Origin: Octopus sinensis
Lineage: Eukaryota
DNA length: 64,000 nucleotides
Direction: 5' to 3'
NCBI RefSeq assembly: GCF_006345805.1
Contig: NW_021832375.1
Location: 62,001-126,000, forward strand
Part shown: one piece after another, positions 26,811-64,000 of the stretch
Layout of the letters: every line of letters starts with the position of its first letter
Position numbering within the stretch: position 1 is the stretch's first letter
Translations under genes and position numbers: made by a program
The notes under the pieces: generated by a model
Database searches by the model: none
Told to the model about the DNA's origin: nothing
What the model saw: the letters and a program-made list of their open reading frames with translations, nothing else

Positions 26811-27004
26811 TAAGAAGAGTGGTCCTGGTGCGCGCACTCATTTACTCGCGCACGCGCGCTAGATAGTCGTGACTAGTCGATCCTACAACGACTACCTAGC
26901 AAAGTAAATGAAACACAAAAACACAAAGTAAGGATCGACTAGTCACGACTAGCTTGCTCGGATGCGCTTGTACGCGATTGCGCGCACCGGGACCACTCGT
27001 CTTA
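26811..27004. mobile_element. CpG-rich hairpin MITE-like element
   Basis: Outer IR 26811-26836 / 26979-27004 (26 bp, 2 mismatches, TA at both extremes) and perfect inner 21-bp IR 26864-26884 / 26931-26951. Confidence 0.65.
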
Positions 27005-27629
27005 GGTTGTACCCTGTAAATTAATGTGTGTCGATAAATTAAAGCTGAATGTGTGTGTGTGTGTGTGTGTTGTGTGTGTGTAAAAGTGATAAAGTCAAGT
27101 TTCATGTATTTATTATCTGTAACTGTGACTCCCTCCCACTCCTTTTGCTGTTTTAGCTTTCTTTCTGACCTGTCCATAAATTATCTTTACAACTTCCACA
27201 CTTCCGAACTTCAAATTGTAAACCCAGTGTTTATTTCAATGCCTCGCTTCCTCCATTTCCTCCCTCTCTTATTCTTCACTTGGCCTATGTTATTAAGTCT
27301 GCTATGCGTATGTATATATGAGTGTGTATAATATATACTAGCAGTCATCTGGCCTTTGTCTCGGTGTGTAGTGTACACAAATGTATTCATAAAACATCTT
27401 TCGTAATGCTTATGTATTAAGATCTTAATTAAAGGTTACAAGTCGATACCCTTCACAAGAAATACTTTTAAATTCCAACCTTAAGTACACACACACACAC
27501 ACACATATATATATTGTATCTAGGTTAGTTGAAATATGTTTCTGATATATTTCCACTGCTGAGCGACAAGGTGAAAAGGTATAAAAACGACATATGTGTC
27601 CAGTGCCGCCATCTCAACAGCGAAAGGGC

Positions 27630-27694
<65 letters not shown>

Positions 27695-27937
27695 AAATTA
27701 GAAAATGGAGAAACATACTTAAATCAATCAAACATCAACCATCAGATGATACCCAATCAATACTTTATTACACCATTACATAACAGCAAAGGCATTATAC
27801 AAAATATATTGTAAATATAATTAGACAATGAAATAGAAATATAAAATATAAATTATAATATATAATTATATCATATCTGGGGTTGAATTTTCAACCCCTA
27901 TCTCATTTTATAATATATATATATATATATATATACA

Positions 27938-28000
<63 letters not shown>

Positions 28001-28247
28001 TATATATATATGCACAGGTACACACACACACCCACACAAACACAAACACTTCATTTTGGCAGTTTTTTCACTGGGTACTTGCCCAAGGTGTCATACAGTG
28101 GGACAAAACTGGTGGTTGGCATTTGGAAGGGCATCCAGCTGTAAAATACCTTTCCTAAATAGACAGGTAGTTTTTCTACCTGGCCGGCTCCTGTCATCCA
28201 TCTTACTCATGAATGGATGAAAAGTGGACGTTAAGTGATGATGGCAA

Positions 28248-28284
<37 letters not shown>

Positions 28285-28856
28285 GGAAATTTATTAAATA
28301 ATTATGAAATAGTCATAAACATATTTGAAAAAATCTATAAAGTAAGCACTTGTTGATAGTTTCTGATTTGATCTCATCTACTTTGCTAGTGTTTCGACAA
28401 AAATCAATACAGGAGGTTTTATTGAACAAAATCTGTTTCATTGATTCTTTTACTATTTTTCGTAAATTTACCTTTCTTCGGAGAATCAGTTTGTCTTTGA
28501 TATAAAGTGCCCTCCACCGTAGCTGGGGTATGATCCACAGATTTATAGCTCAACAAGTACGCTGCCTCTACGTAGTTGATCAACAGACTGTACATTCCAA
28601 TATTGAGGGTTTAATTGTAACCAGTCAATCTGTAATCTAACCTAGAGACACAACACAATGACTGTTGTTAGGTTTATTAGTGTCAAGAAGAACATTCAGC
28701 TATGAATAATACTTTAGATAAACTGAAGTTTATAATATCAATGTTATCTTTTGCAAGATTTTAGAACCATCAACTTCTGTTTATTGTTGTTTACCTCATT
28801 TTATAAGTTTTTAAAAACTGTTTTAATCTTTTTTTGTCATCTTTTATTCAGAAGAC

Positions 28857-63805
<34,949 letters not shown>

Positions 63806-64000
63806 GTAAGATAATCTTTGGGGCTCTGTTTGTTGTCTTGTTGACCTTATTGTGTGGAATAATGTGCTTCAAGCTTTCGTGTAGACCCAGGTATGTCATA
63901 ATGGGACAGATTTATGATAGGTGTTCCTGGGGTCTTTTCTTTGTGACAGTATATATATCACTACATCCACTAAATATTGCCTTTACCTAATTTTAAGATG

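Overview
Repeat-dense animal genomic DNA. It is probably cephalopod (octopus-like), inferred from the SINE families and the extreme (TA)n/(CA)n load. One protein-coding gene can be assembled by hand: eight GT-AG coding exons on + (28857-63805) splice in consistent phase into a 335-aa ankyrin-repeat + RING protein of the Mind bomb (MIB) family. It appears to start at the ankyrin repeats, with no MIB-HERC2/ZZ N-terminus in the window, and runs off the right end. The rest is mobile or repetitive DNA: a near-full-length but disabled RTE LINE (~17750-21651); decayed HERO-like, CR1/L2-like and RTE LINE pieces; many tRNA-derived SINEs; non-autonomous Helitrons; a two-headed mariner derivative; hairpin MITEs; a tRNA-Glu pseudogene; a 7.4-kb polypurine satellite; a ~13-kb-offset segmental duplication; and an unusual number of near-perfect inverted repeats, some with Penelope-like (GIY-YIG, hammerhead-like) traces. 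Nearly all ORFs in the supplied track (YIYI..., FSL..., poly-M/D/H) are microsatellite artefacts. All family assignments come from remembered motifs; no database search was run.
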